From NCBI GenBank assembly GCA_965116475.1, contig OZ220691.1, positions 3,392,001 to 3,456,000 of the forward strand: 64,000 nucleotides of DNA. The letters are read 5' to 3'. Within the stretch, counting starts at the first letter, position 1. Each line of letters starts with the position of its first letter. Of the stretch, positions 40,726 to 53,556 are shown in pieces. The DNA is from Gemmatimonadota bacterium (GTDB lineage: Bacteria > Gemmatimonadota > Gemmatimonadetes > Palauibacterales > Palauibacteraceae). The notes beneath the pieces were generated by a model. It saw nothing but the letters and a program-made list of their open reading frames with translations. It did no database searches and was not told the origin of the DNA. The position numbers and the translations under genes are program-made.

Positions 40726-40762
40726 GCAGTAGGGCGAACCGGATTCGCCGAAGGGGTCGGTC

Positions 40763-41254
40763 ATGCTGGACTCGGCGGACATCGAACGCGCGGTCGAAGC
40801 GCTTGGCTTCGAGGTCGTGCAGATGGAGCGGGGCGGAGGCCGTCGGCGGCCGCTGCTCCGGCTCCGGATCGATCGGCCGGGTCCGTCGTCCGCGCGGTCG
40901 GGCGTGACCGTCGACGACTGCGTCGCCGTGACGAGGGAACTGCGTGGCACACTTGAAGATGGGGCGACGGAGGACTGGGTGCTCGAAGTGTCGTCGCCGG
41001 GAGTGGACCGGCCGCTGGTGAGGGCCGCGGACTATGAGCGCTTTGCCGGGTCGCGGATTCGCGTCCGCGGCTACGGTCCGCTGGCCGACCGAGGCCGAAA
41101 ACTGGAAGGCATGCTGCTCGGGATGGTAGACGGACTTCCCGGGACGTTCGCGCTGGAGATCGAAGGGGATCGTGTCGAGATTCCGCTGGAGCTCGTGGCC
41201 TCCGCCCGCCTGGTCTACGACTGGGATGCGGCCGGAGGCGTGGGTGGGAGATAG
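40763..41254 (+). CDS. rimP: Ribosome maturation factor RimP
   Basis: LRLRID, VTVDDC, LEVSSPGVDRPL. Confidence 0.94.
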   Translation: MLDSADIERAVEALGFEVVQMERGGGRRRPLLRLRIDRPGPSSARSGVTVDDCVAVTRELRGTLEDGATEDWVLEVSSPGVDRPLVRAADYERFAGSRIRVRGYGPLADRGRKLEGMLLGMVDGLPGTFALEIEGDRVEIPLELVASARLVYDWDAAGGVGGR

Positions 41255-41263
41255 AGAGAGGCA

Positions 41264-42754
41264 ATGAGCGATCAGATCCCGATCGTTGAGGCGTTCCGCA
41301 TGATGGCGGCGAACAAGTCGCTGACGGAGCTGGAGCTGCATGATCTCATCCGCGAAGGGATCCATGCGGCCCTCGCCCGTCGTTTCGGCGGTCCGGTCGA
41401 GGCGGAGATCGACGTCACCGATGGAGGCGACATCTCGATCGTCGTCCTCAAGGAAGTCGTCGAGGAAGTCGAGGATCCGGCCCGGGAAGTGACGCTCGAG
41501 CAGGCGCGCTGGGATGATCCCGACTTCCAGGTCGGTGACCTCATGGAGATCCCCGTCGATTTCCGGGACTTCGGACGCAGCGCGGTCATGGCCGCCAAGC
41601 AGAGGATCATCCAGCGCATCCGCGAGGGAGAACGCGACCGTATCCGCATGGAATTCAACGATCGGGTCGGCGACCTCGTTTCGGGCGAGGTACAGGCGAG
41701 CGAGCGCGGCAAACTGGTCGTCATGCTGAACCGGTCGCGGGAAGCGGAGGCGATCATTCCGTGGCGGGAACAGAATCCGCGGGAACGCTTCCGCCAGGGC
41801 GAGCCGATCCGAGCCGTGCTGAAGCTGCTGGAGGAGACGCCGCGCGGTCCGCGATTGATCCTGTCGCGGGCGGACCCACAGTTCGTCGCTTCGCTGTTCG
41901 CGCTCGAGGTGCCGGAGATCTACCAGAATATCGTGGACATCAAGGAGATCGTCCGCGAAGCGGGCGGGCGCACCAAGGTGGCCGTCGCGTCGCGCGATGA
42001 GTCCGTCGACCCGGTCGGCGCCTGCGTCGGCCTCAAGGGCTCGCGCGTGCAGGCCGTCGTGTCGGAGTTGAGCGGGGAACGGATCGACATCGTCCCCTGG
42101 CACCCGGACCCCGAGATCTTCGCCCGCCGAGCCCTGGCGCCGGCCCGGGTCGCCAAAGTGATTTCGGACCAGGAGCGTCACGTCATTACGGCGATCGTGG
42201 ACGAGGACCAGCTGTCGCTGGCGATCGGGCGAAACGGGCAGAACGTGCGGTTGGCGTCGCAGCTCATCGGTTGGCAGATCGACCTGTATTCCAGCCGTGA
42301 CTGGATGGAGCGCGGCGGAGAGGCCAGCCTGTTCGGAGGCGATGACGAATACGAGATGTCCGACTTCCCGCTCTCCGAGCTCGAGGGGATCGCCCCCGCG
42401 ACGCTTGCGGCGCTCGAGGCGGCCGGGATCGGGAGCTTTTATGGCCTCCTCGACATGGATCGGAGCGATTTCCTGCAAGTTCCGGGGATCGGATCCGACG
42501 AGGCGGATACGCTGGAGACGCTCATCGACGAGCTGACCGTCGTGGACGAGGCGCAGGCGGAGAGCGCCGCGGCGGCGAAAGCGGCTGCCGAGGCGCCGGC
42601 GGAAGAGGCGCCGGCGGATGCGGCGCCGGCGGAAGAGGCGCCGGCGGAAGAGGCGTCGGCGGATGCGGTGCCCGCGGATGCGCCGCCGGAACCGGTAGCC
42701 GGCGAGGCGGCCGACGCGCTGAGCACGGCGGCCTCGGGCGAGGGGACCGCCTGA
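41264..42754 (+). CDS. nusA: Transcription termination factor NusA
   Basis: FGRSAVMAAKQ, S1/KH domains, DPVGACVG, SLAIGRNGQNVRLA, C-terminal HhH-like acidic domain. Confidence 0.97.
   Translation: MSDQIPIVEAFRMMAANKSLTELELHDLIREGIHAALARRFGGPVEAEIDVTDGGDISIVVLKEVVEEVEDPAREVTLEQARWDDPDFQVGDLMEIPVDFRDFGRSAVMAAKQRIIQRIREGERDRIRMEFNDRVGDLVSGEVQASERGKLVVMLNRSREAEAIIPWREQNPRERFRQGEPIRAVLKLLEETPRGPRLILSRADPQFVASLFALEVPEIYQNIVDIKEIVREAGGRTKVAVASRDESVDPVGACVGLKGSRVQAVVSELSGERIDIVPWHPDPEIFARRALAPARVAKVISDQERHVITAIVDEDQLSLAIGRNGQNVRLASQLIGWQIDLYSSRDWMERGGEASLFGGDDEYEMSDFPLSELEGIAPATLAALEAAGIGSFYGLLDMDRSDFLQVPGIGSDEADTLETLIDELTVVDEAQAESAAAAKAAAEAPAEEAPADAAPAEEAPAEEASADAVPADAPPEPVAGEAADALSTAASGEGTA
42593..42682 (+). 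repeat. Six 15-bp tandem units (APAEE/APADA) in the NusA tail
   Basis: gcgccggcggaagag / gcgccggcggatgcg units at a 15-bp period. Confidence 0.85.
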
Positions 42755-42789
42755 AGCCCGGCGGAGCCCGGGGACGGGCGGGGGGAACG

Positions 42790-43130
42790 TTGAGCCTGCT
42801 CGGGATCGCGACGCGCGCGGGCCGGGTTGCGCTCGGAACCCGGGCCGTGGACATCGCGGCGCGCAGGGGAAGGCTCGCCCTGCTCGTGGTCGCGGGCGAC
42901 GCATCGCGGCATGCGCTGAACCGCCTGACGCCGCGGGCGCGGCGGGCTTCGCGAGTCACGGTGGCGAGTCGCCGGGCGCTCGGACGGGCGCTCGGACGGA
43001 GCAATGTAGCCGTCGTCGGCGTTACGGATTCGGCGCTGGCGCAGCGGATTCTCGAAGGGGAGCGCACGCCTTCGCGGCGTGACGAAAGCTCCGGGTCGCG
43101 GGGAGACCCGGAAGGGCAGGTGCCTGGACA

Positions 43131-43134
<4 letters not shown>
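42790..43134 (+). CDS. L7Ae/L30e family RNA-binding protein (YlxQ-like)
   Basis: LLGIATRAGRV..G, LVVAGDAS, LGRALG; position between nusA and infB. Confidence 0.82.
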
Positions 43135-45845
<2,711 letters not shown>

Positions 45846-45861
45846 CCTTCCGCGGGGCATC

Positions 45862-46146
45862 ATGGCCGTCATCGGGGTGAGCCGCTGGGTGTTTCACCTC
45901 CCGGGCTGCCGGTCGCTCAAGGCGAAGCGTTCGGTGGTCCGCGGCCTGCGCGAGCGTGCCATCCTGAAGTTCCGGGTTTCCGCCGCCGAGACCGGCCTCC
46001 GCGACCGCGCCTCGATGGCCGAGATCACGGCCTGCGTCGTATCGGGCGAACGTCGGCATGCCGAGTCGGTTCTCGGGCGCGTCGACCTCTTCCTGAAATC
46101 CGACCCGAGGGCGCACGTCATCGAGTCGGAGACCGAGTTCCTGTGA
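45862..46146 (+). CDS. DUF503 (YlxP-like) protein
   Basis: LPGCRSLKAKRSVV, FRVSAAE; position between infB and rbfA. Confidence 0.85.
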   Translation: MAVIGVSRWVFHLPGCRSLKAKRSVVRGLRERAILKFRVSAAETGLRDRASMAEITACVVSGERRHAESVLGRVDLFLKSDPRAHVIESETEFL

Positions 46147-46174
46147 AGACCGGCGGCCCGCGGTGGGGGAGCGC

Positions 46175-46531
46175 GTGACCCATCGCCACCGGAGCGAACG
46201 GCTCGGCGAACTGTTCCGGCGCGAACTCACGCGCCTCCTTCTCGGCTCGCTCAAGGATCCGCGTCTCGACGGAGTGACGGTGACCGACGTGCGGGCGACC
46301 AGGGATCTCTCCTTCGCCACCGTCTACATTCGCTCCGACGAGGATGTGTCGGAGGGGATCGAGGGCCTGGAACACGCGGTGGGGTTCATACGCCGGGAAC
46401 TCGGCCGGTCGCTCCGGTTGCGGAAGATACCGGAATTCCGCTTCCTGCCCGACGAGACGCCCGAGCATGCGAGTCGGATCGAGGAACTGCTGCGCGAGGC
46501 TCGCGGGGATGCGGGGCCGCGTGACGACTGA
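46175..46531 (+). CDS. rbfA: 30S ribosome-binding factor A
   Basis: KDPRL, VTVTDV..TRDL, LRKIPEFRF..D; GTG start with SD. Confidence 0.93.
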   Translation: MTHRHRSERLGELFRRELTRLLLGSLKDPRLDGVTVTDVRATRDLSFATVYIRSDEDVSEGIEGLEHAVGFIRRELGRSLRLRKIPEFRFLPDETPEHASRIEELLREARGDAGPRDD

Positions 46532-47435
46532 AGCCGGTTTGCTCCTCGTCGACAAGCCGGCTGGAGCGACATCGCACGACATCGTCCTCCGGATACGGCG
46601 AACGCTGGGCGAGCGTCGCATCGGCCACACCGGGACGCTCGATCCCTTCGCGACGGGGCTCCTGCTGTCGCTCGTCGGGTCGTTCACCCGTCTCGCCGAC
46701 CTCTACCACGAACTCCCGAAATCCTACGATGCGACGATGGTGCTGGGACGGGAGACGGACACGGACGATCTCACGGGGAAGACCGTATCGGAGGATGCCG
46801 GCTGGCGGGAGCTGGACGGCGAGGCGATTCGGGCTGCCTTCGCCGCTCGCGAGGGCATCGGCCGCCAGGTGCCCTCCGCCTATTCGGCGCGCCGGGCCGG
46901 GGGCGAGCGCGCCCACGCGCTGGCCCGCCGCGGCGAGCGCCCCGAACTGGAGGCACGCGTGGTGACCATCCACGAGATCGCGGTCACGGCCGTCGATCTC
47001 CCTCGAGTTCGCTTCCGCGCGAGCGTTTCCACCGGCACCTACGTGCGCGCGCTGGCCCGCGACATCGGGCGGGACCTCGGACCCGGGGCGCACCTGACCG
47101 CACTGCGCCGCACCGCGATCGGCCCGTTCCGGGTCGCCGAAGCGACATCTCCCGACGCGGCCCGGGAGTCGGTGGCGGAGGGGTCCAGGGCCTGGCGCCC
47201 GGGGGTGGCCGCGCTGCCATGGGTGCCGCGGCGCGAACTGAACGACGGGGAACGCGACGAGATCCGGCACGGAAGATCGGTGGGGCGCGGCGACGTCCTG
47301 CCTCCCCCGGGATGGACGCACCACGTGGCGGGTGGCGCCGGGAAGCGGGTCGCGCTGTCCGCCTCCGGCCGTCTCTTCGCGATCGCCGAGGAGCGCGACG
47401 GTCACCTCCATCCGAAGAAGGTGTTTGCCGCGTGA
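46521..47435 (+). CDS. truB: tRNA pseudouridine(55) synthase
   Basis: DKPAGATSHD, GHTGTLDPFATG, TDTDD, GTYVRALARD. Confidence 0.95.
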   Translation: MTTEAGLLLVDKPAGATSHDIVLRIRRTLGERRIGHTGTLDPFATGLLLSLVGSFTRLADLYHELPKSYDATMVLGRETDTDDLTGKTVSEDAGWRELDGEAIRAAFAAREGIGRQVPSAYSARRAGGERAHALARRGERPELEARVVTIHEIAVTAVDLPRVRFRASVSTGTYVRALARDIGRDLGPGAHLTALRRTAIGPFRVAEATSPDAARESVAEGSRAWRPGVAALPWVPRRELNDGERDEIRHGRSVGRGDVLPPPGWTHHVAGGAGKRVALSASGRLFAIAEERDGHLHPKKVFAA

Positions 47436-48352
47436 GCGGACTCCCCCCTCACGTCCGAGGTACGGTCGTCACCATGGGGACCTTCGATGGGGTTCACCTC
47501 GGACACCAGGCGATCCTGCGCGAGGTTCGGCGGCGCGCCCGCGCGCGAAACGGCCATGCCGTACTCCTCACGTTCGACCCGCACCCCCTGAGCGTCGTGC
47601 GTCCCGAAGTTGCCCCGCCGCTCCTCACGCTGCCGGACGAGAAGAAGGAAATCCTCGCTCAACTCGGGCTCGACTACGCCGCGTTCGTCTCCTTCACGGC
47701 CGAGTTCTCCCGTTACTCTCCCGAACAGTTCGTGGAGGACCTGATCGTCCCGCGCTTCCGCCCGGCGGAGGTCGTCATCGGCTACGACCACGGGTTCGGG
47801 CGCGGACGCGCCGGGGACGTCTCCGTGCTCGAGCGGCTGGGCGCCACCCACGGGTTCGGGGTCTCGGTCGTTGGGGGCGTCGAAACGGACGGATCGACCA
47901 TATCGTCCACCCGGGTCCGGCGGGCGGTGGCGTCGGGCGACATGGAGGGCGCGGCCGCGGGCCTCGGCCGCCCGTATTCGTTCCGGGGGACGGTGATCCG
48001 GGGGCTGGGGCGGGGCAGGACGCTCGGTTTTCCGACCGCCAACCTCACGCCTCCGCCTCCCGAAAAACTCCTTCCGGCGGAAGGCATCTACGCCGTGCGC
48101 GCCACGCTCGGCTCCGAACGGACCGATGGACTGCTGCACCTCGGCCCCAGGCCGACCTTTGCGGACTCCCCGCCGGCCATCGAACTCTTCCTCATCGATT
48201 TCGAGCGTGACATCTACGGGGAGCGGGTGATCGTCGACGTCCTCCACCGGCTGCGCGAGGTGCGGGCGTTCGAGTCGGGAGACGATCTCGCCGCGCAGAT
48301 GCGCCGGGACCTCGCGGACGGCCTGGAATACTTCAGGGAAACGGGCAGATGA
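47432..48352 (+). CDS. ribF: Bifunctional riboflavin kinase/FAD synthetase
   Basis: GTFDGVHLGH, TFDPHP, ISSTRVR, GRTLGFPTAN. Confidence 0.96.
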   Translation: MSGLPPHVRGTVVTMGTFDGVHLGHQAILREVRRRARARNGHAVLLTFDPHPLSVVRPEVAPPLLTLPDEKKEILAQLGLDYAAFVSFTAEFSRYSPEQFVEDLIVPRFRPAEVVIGYDHGFGRGRAGDVSVLERLGATHGFGVSVVGGVETDGSTISSTRVRRAVASGDMEGAAAGLGRPYSFRGTVIRGLGRGRTLGFPTANLTPPPPEKLLPAEGIYAVRATLGSERTDGLLHLGPRPTFADSPPAIELFLIDFERDIYGERVIVDVLHRLREVRAFESGDDLAAQMRRDLADGLEYFRETGR

Positions 48353-49512
48353 GGGGCAAGCTGACGGTAGCGGCGCGGCATCCGTGGTTCATCGCTCTGG
48401 TCGCCTGCGCGGGGATCCCGCGACCGGCCGCCGCCCAGTCGCTCCTCGCGATCGCGGACGAAGCCGGCGAATGCGCGGTTGAACTCCGGGAAATCCTCCG
48501 TCTCGGCGCCCCCGGCGACCCCGGAACGATCGGAAGCCGCCCCGAGATCACGCGCACCGCGACGGGCCGCTACATGGTGGCGAGCGTCGAGAACCGCGGA
48601 CAACTGCTCGTATTCGATGCGGATGGCGCGTTCCTGGAGACCCTGGGAGGGAATGGAGATGGGCCCGGCGAATATCGCGTCCCGGGACGGATGCGCCCCG
48701 GCTCTGGTGGCAGCCTGCGGATCCTGGATCTCGTGAACCGCCGCATCACGCACGTGTCCCCGGAGGGCGGACTGCTCGGAACGACCGATGTCCGAAGCCT
48801 CCACGCGCTCGATTTCGCCGTCATCGACCTCGGCGAACGGTACGTCGTGTCCGGTTTCGGTCAGGTCGACGACGGGCTCGGCGCGACGACCGAAATCGTC
48901 GACAGCGGCGGCGCCCCGTTGGCCAGCCTCGGCGCCACCGCCGTGGAGTCGTGGGTCGTGAACTTCTTCCGCGCCCCCGTCGCGGTGGACGGGCAGGGCA
49001 GGGTGTGGACGACGCGGGCCCGGGGATACGGGTTCGAGGCGTGGAACCCGGAGGGCGGCAGCGAGCCGGTCACGCGGCTGGTCGGGGACCCGGCGTGGTT
49101 CGACCCCGGGCCGCCGCAGCCGGGGGCGCCCGTCTCGGCGCCGGCTCCCTCCATCGTGATCAGCCTTCGTTTCGACCGCGGCCTCCTGTGGGCGGGCACC
49201 TGGGTCGCCGACGAGAACCGGGAGGCGGGCGTCGATGCCGCGCCGTCGCCGCTCGAACTCGACCGGCTGCTCGACACCGTCCTGGACGTCATCGATCCCG
49301 CCAGCGGCGCACTCATCGCTCGGACGCGGCGCGATGAGGCGCTGCGGGGGACCGGCGATGACGCCCTCCTGTTCGGCGTTCGGGAGGACGGCGGGATGCC
49401 GCGGGCCGTGCTCTTCGCGCCGGTGCTCGCCGGCCCCGACTGCCCGGCGATGGGCCCGCCGGACGGGTCAACGCCGGAGACTTACCTTTACAGGGCGCCG
49501 AGTGGATTCTAG
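48349..49512 (+). CDS. Putative secreted beta-propeller (NHL/6-bladed-like) protein
   Basis: Signal peptide ending AAA-Q; NHL-like LLVFDADGAFLETLGGNGDGPGEY; repeated beta-strand units. Confidence 0.65.
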   Translation: MRGKLTVAARHPWFIALVACAGIPRPAAAQSLLAIADEAGECAVELREILRLGAPGDPGTIGSRPEITRTATGRYMVASVENRGQLLVFDADGAFLETLGGNGDGPGEYRVPGRMRPGSGGSLRILDLVNRRITHVSPEGGLLGTTDVRSLHALDFAVIDLGERYVVSGFGQVDDGLGATTEIVDSGGAPLASLGATAVESWVVNFFRAPVAVDGQGRVWTTRARGYGFEAWNPEGGSEPVTRLVGDPAWFDPGPPQPGAPVSAPAPSIVISLRFDRGLLWAGTWVADENREAGVDAAPSPLELDRLLDTVLDVIDPASGALIARTRRDEALRGTGDDALLFGVREDGGMPRAVLFAPVLAGPDCPAMGPPDGSTPETYLYRAPSGF

Positions 49513-49515
49513 TTT
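49487..49515 (+). promoter_or_regulatory. Putative sigma70 promoter of rpsO, overlapping the upstream gene's 3' end
   Basis: TTTACA-N17-TAGTTT. Confidence 0.6.
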
Positions 49516-49614
49516 TATGGACTGTATGTGAAACGGCACGGCGGGGCTCCGTCATTCTTGCCGGTCGCTCCGCGGGCTGAAGCGGGGCGGCGGATCGAGG
49601 GATAATAGAGAGAC

Positions 49615-49878
49615 GTGGAAAAAACAGAGAAGCAGGGAATCATAAAAAAGTTCTCGCGGCGCGAGAACGACCAGGGGTCGGCTCCGGTGCAGATCGCACT
49701 GCTCACGGCCCGCATCGAGGAGTTGACCGGGCATTTCCGGGATCATCCCAAGGATCATCACAGCCGCCGCGGACTGCTGAAGATGGTCGGCCGCCGCCGC
49801 CGGCTGCTGAACTACCTCCGCCGGACGGATCTCGACCGCTACCGGACGGTCATCGAGGAGCTCGGGCTGCGCCATTGA
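49615..49878 (+). CDS. rpsO: 30S ribosomal protein S15
   Basis: [27 protein letters not shown]. Confidence 0.98.
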   Translation: MEKTEKQGIIKKFSRRENDQGSAPVQIALLTARIEELTGHFRDHPKDHHSRRGLLKMVGRRRRLLNYLRRTDLDRYRTVIEELGLRH

Positions 49879-50100
49879 GGCGCCGCTCCGCTGCCCAGCC
49901 TCCGTCTCCGCCGGCCCGCGACGTCGGGCCCCCCGTTTTCCTTCCCTCGTACCGCCCCGGATCCCCCCAGCCGGGACGCTGAATCGAAGAAGCCGATGCA
50001 AGGTTGAGAAGGCATTTCATGAGCGTCGGGCCTGACGAAAGGCCGACGCGGCGCGCGGAATCCCGCAGCGCCACACCCGAAGAAAGAAGAGAAGAAAAGA

Positions 50101-52191
50101 ATGACACACCGAATTGAAACCGAATTCCACGGACGGCCTTTGATCCTGGAGACGGGCAGAATGGCCCGCCAGGCCGATGGCGCCGTCTATGTGCAGTACG
50201 GGGAGACGGCAGTGCTCGTCACCGCCACGGCGGACCGCAAGCCCACGCACCTCCCCTTCTTCCCCCTCACGGTCGAATACCGAGAGAAGACGTACGCCGC
50301 CGGCAAGTTCCCCGGCGGCTTCATCAAGCGGGAAACCCGCCCCGGCGAGAAGGAGACGATCTCGGCGCGGCAGATCGACCGGCCGCTTCGGCCGCTCTTC
50401 CCTGAGGACTACCGCAACGACACCCAGGTCGTCTGTTTCATCATCTCCGCGGACCAGGAGAACGACGCGGACGTCATCGGCATGCTCGGGGCGTCGACGG
50501 CCCTCCTCCTGTCCCCGATTCCGTGGGACGGCCCGATCGCCGGCGTCCGGGTCGCCCGCCGGGATGGCGACTGGCTCGTCAACCCGACCTTCGATGACCT
50601 CGAACTGTGCGACCTGGAGATCGTCGTCGCCGGATCCGAGGACTCGATCGTGATGGTCGAGGGCGCCTGCCTCGAAGCCACGGAGGACGAGTTCCTCGAG
50701 GCGATGCAGGTGGGGCAGAAGGCGATCGTCGACTTGATCGGGCTGCAGCGCGAACTGGTTCGGATGGCCGGAGACCCGGGCACGTTCGAGTACGAGTCCG
50801 TCGGACCCGATCCGGAAGTCGTGAGCAAGGTGACGGACCAGGCGGCCGGACAGGTCGGCGATGCGCTGCGGATCGCCGACAAGGAGGAGCGTGGGCGCGC
50901 CCTGTCGGCCCTGCGCGAAGCGCTGACGGAGCGGCTCGAGGCGGATCACCCGGACTGCTCGAAGGATGTCGGCGCTGCGCTGCGCAAGCTGGAGAAGGAG
51001 ATCATGCGCCGCCGCATTCTCGAAGACGGCGAACGGATCGACGGTCGCGGCATGAACGACGTCCGCGACATCACGTGCGACGTCGGCCTCCTGCCGCGGA
51101 CGCACGGTTCGGCGCTCTTCACGCGGGGGCAGACGCAGGCGCTTGCGGTGACGACGCTGGGAACGGTGAGAGACGAACAGCGGATCGATTCCGTGGACGT
51201 ACGCGAAGAAACCTCGAAGTCCTTCATGCTCCACTACAACTTCCCCGGCTTTTCGACGGGCGAGGTGCGGATGTTCCGGGGCACGAGCCGTCGCGAGACG
51301 GGCCACGGAATGCTCGCCGAGCGCGCGCTCCAGGCCCTGCTCCCGGCGTACGAGGACTTTCCGTACACGATCAGGGTCGTCTCCGACATCCTGGAGTCGA
51401 ACGGGTCGAGTTCGATGGCGTCGGTGTGCGGCGGATCGCTCTCCCTCATGGATGCGGGCGTTCCGATGCGGGCTCCGTGCGCGGGGATCGCGATGGGGCT
51501 CGTCAAGGAGGGTGACAACGTCGAGGTTCTGACCGACATCCTCGGCGTGGAGGATGCCCTCGGCGACATGGACTTCAAGATCGCCGGGACCGAGCGCGGG
51601 ATCACGGCGGTCCAGATGGACATCAAGGCCGATGGGCTCTCCGTCGACACGCTGCGGGAGGCCCTGGCCCGGGCGCGCGATGCCCGGCTGCGGATCCTCG
51701 CGGCGATGAACGAGACGCTTGAAGCGGCCCGCGAGGAAATGTCGCCGCACGCGCCGCGGATCGTCACCCTGCAGATCAACCCCCAGAAGATCGGCGAGGT
51801 CATCGGGCCGAAGGGGAAGACGATCCGGATGATCCAGGAGGAGACGGGCACCGAGGTCAACATCGACGACTCGGGCACGGTCACCATCGCGGCGCCCTCG
51901 GGCGCCGGCGCGCAGCATGCGCGCGAGATGGTGGAGGGCATCGTTCAGGAGCCCGAGGTCGGGCGGATCTACCGCGGTGTCGTAAAGAACACGACGGATT
52001 TCGGCGCCTTCGTCGAGATCATCCCGGGGGTCGAGGGCCTGTGCCATATCTCGGAACTCGAGGAAGGCCGCACCGCCAGGACGGAGGATGTCGTGAGCCC
52101 GGGCGACGAGGTGAAGGTGAAGCTGCTCGCCGTGGATGACCGCGGCCGCCTCAAGCTCTCGCGGCGCGCGGCGCTCGCCCCCGCCGAGTAG
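50101..52191 (+). CDS. pnp: Polyribonucleotide nucleotidyltransferase
   Basis: [42 protein letters not shown] + S1 domains. Confidence 0.98.
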   Translation: MTHRIETEFHGRPLILETGRMARQADGAVYVQYGETAVLVTATADRKPTHLPFFPLTVEYREKTYAAGKFPGGFIKRETRPGEKETISARQIDRPLRPLFPEDYRNDTQVVCFIISADQENDADVIGMLGASTALLLSPIPWDGPIAGVRVARRDGDWLVNPTFDDLELCDLEIVVAGSEDSIVMVEGACLEATEDEFLEAMQVGQKAIVDLIGLQRELVRMAGDPGTFEYESVGPDPEVVSKVTDQAAGQVGDALRIADKEERGRALSALREALTERLEADHPDCSKDVGAALRKLEKEIMRRRILEDGERIDGRGMNDVRDITCDVGLLPRTHGSALFTRGQTQALAVTTLGTVRDEQRIDSVDVREETSKSFMLHYNFPGFSTGEVRMFRGTSRRETGHGMLAERALQALLPAYEDFPYTIRVVSDILESNGSSSMASVCGGSLSLMDAGVPMRAPCAGIAMGLVKEGDNVEVLTDILGVEDALGDMDFKIAGTERGITAVQMDIKADGLSVDTLREALARARDARLRILAAMNETLEAAREEMSPHAPRIVTLQINPQKIGEVIGPKGKTIRMIQEETGTEVNIDDSGTVTIAAPSGAGAQHAREMVEGIVQEPEVGRIYRGVVKNTTDFGAFVEIIPGVEGLCHISELEEGRTARTEDVVSPGDEVKVKLLAVDDRGRLKLSRRAALAPAE

Positions 52192-52209
52192 GCCTGATCA
52201 CGTCGCGTC

Positions 52210-52233
52210 CCGGCCCGCCTGCGCGCGGGCCGG
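52210..52233 (+). other. 9-bp GC stem-loop downstream of pnp (no U-tract)
   Basis: CCGGCCCGC-ctgcgc-GCGGGCCGG. Confidence 0.5.
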
Positions 52234-52259
52234 CCCGGGAACTGCGGCCGCCTGCCGGA

Positions 52260-53534
52260 ATGGGAGGCCGACTCGACCGGGAGGTGTACCGAACCTGCCT
52301 CCCGGATGGCCCCATCGTGCTCAGCGAGCGCATGGACTCCGTGCGCTCCGTCGCCATCGGCCTCTGGGTGCGGCAGGGCCGCGTTCATGAGGATGCCGGG
52401 CACGGCGGCGCATCCCATCTGCTCGAGCACATGGTCTTCAAGGGGACGCACCGGCGCTCCGCGCGCGAGCTCGCCTGGGAGCTGGAGCGGCTCGGCGGCG
52501 CGCTGGACGCGTATACGACGCACGAGTTCACCGCGTTCCAGGCGCGCGTACCGGCGGGGGCGCTCGGCGTCGCGCTCGACGTGCTGTGCGATCTCGCCTT
52601 CTTTCCGCGGCTCTCCCCACGGGACCTGGACGTGGAACGCGAGGTCGTGCTGGAGGAGATCGCCGCCGCGGCGGAAGTCCCGGAGGACATCGTCTTCGAA
52701 GCGCATGCGCGCGCGCTGTACGGCGGGCATCCGTACGGCGAACCGATCCTCGGCACCCGCGCGTCGGTGCGGGCGCTTTCCGTGTCCGCGCTGGCGGACG
52801 TGCACGATCGGGCGTACCGGCCCGGTAACGTGGTCGTGGCGGCGGCGGGAGCGGTGGAGCACGAGGATGTCGTGGCGGGGCTGGCGCGCTGGCTCCCCGA
52901 CCGGGCCGCCGTACCCGCACCCGCCGAGCCGCCGGCGCCGGTCGGCGAATCGGGCTTCCGGCGCATGCGGCGCGAGGGCGGCCGCCAGACGCACATCGTG
53001 ACCGGAGGACTCACCGTTCCGTACCGCGACCCCCTGCGCTACGCGATCCACGTCACGGCGACCGCCCTCGGCGGCGGAATGAGTTCGCGGCTCTTCCAGA
53101 GGATTCGCGAAACGCTCGGTCTCGCCTACGCCGTGTACAGCTTCCACGGGTTCCACGCCCAGGCGGGCCACGTCGGCGCCTACGTCGGGACCCGGCCCGA
53201 GACCGCCGAGGCGGCGCACGAGGCCGTGGAGGGGGAACTCGCCCTCCTGGCGCGGGAGGGACTGACGCGCCAGGAACTGGACGACACGCGCAGTCAGTTG
53301 AAGGGACAGTTTCTGATCTCGCTGGAATCGCCGGCGAGCCGAATGAACCGGCTCGCCGGCGTCGCGCTGTACGGCCACGAGTATCGCACCCTGGACGAGG
53401 TGGCGGCGAAAATCGATGCGGTCGACCGCACGCAATGCCTCGAAGCGGCCGCCTACTTCGCACCCGATCGGCTCGCGACGCTCGAGCTGGCGCCCGGCCA
53501 CGCCCCGGAGCGCACCGCACCGGACGCGACCTGA
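52260..53534 (+). CDS. M16 family zinc metallopeptidase
   Basis: HLLEH inverted zincin motif, [18 protein letters not shown]. Confidence 0.94.
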   Translation: MGGRLDREVYRTCLPDGPIVLSERMDSVRSVAIGLWVRQGRVHEDAGHGGASHLLEHMVFKGTHRRSARELAWELERLGGALDAYTTHEFTAFQARVPAGALGVALDVLCDLAFFPRLSPRDLDVEREVVLEEIAAAAEVPEDIVFEAHARALYGGHPYGEPILGTRASVRALSVSALADVHDRAYRPGNVVVAAAGAVEHEDVVAGLARWLPDRAAVPAPAEPPAPVGESGFRRMRREGGRQTHIVTGGLTVPYRDPLRYAIHVTATALGGGMSSRLFQRIRETLGLAYAVYSFHGFHAQAGHVGAYVGTRPETAEAAHEAVEGELALLAREGLTRQELDDTRSQLKGQFLISLESPASRMNRLAGVALYGHEYRTLDEVAAKIDAVDRTQCLEAAAYFAPDRLATLELAPGHAPERTAPDAT

Positions 53535-53556
53535 GCGTCCCCTGGGAGGGAACGAA

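Noticed and set aside
49525..49540. Additional Rex half-sites (TGTGAA here, TTCACA near 40649)
   Set aside because: The second arm is missing at the required spacing.
50032..50085. Hammerhead ribozyme core (CTGACGA...GAAA)
   Set aside because: Stems I-III cannot be assembled around the core; the motif sits in a simple hairpin loop.
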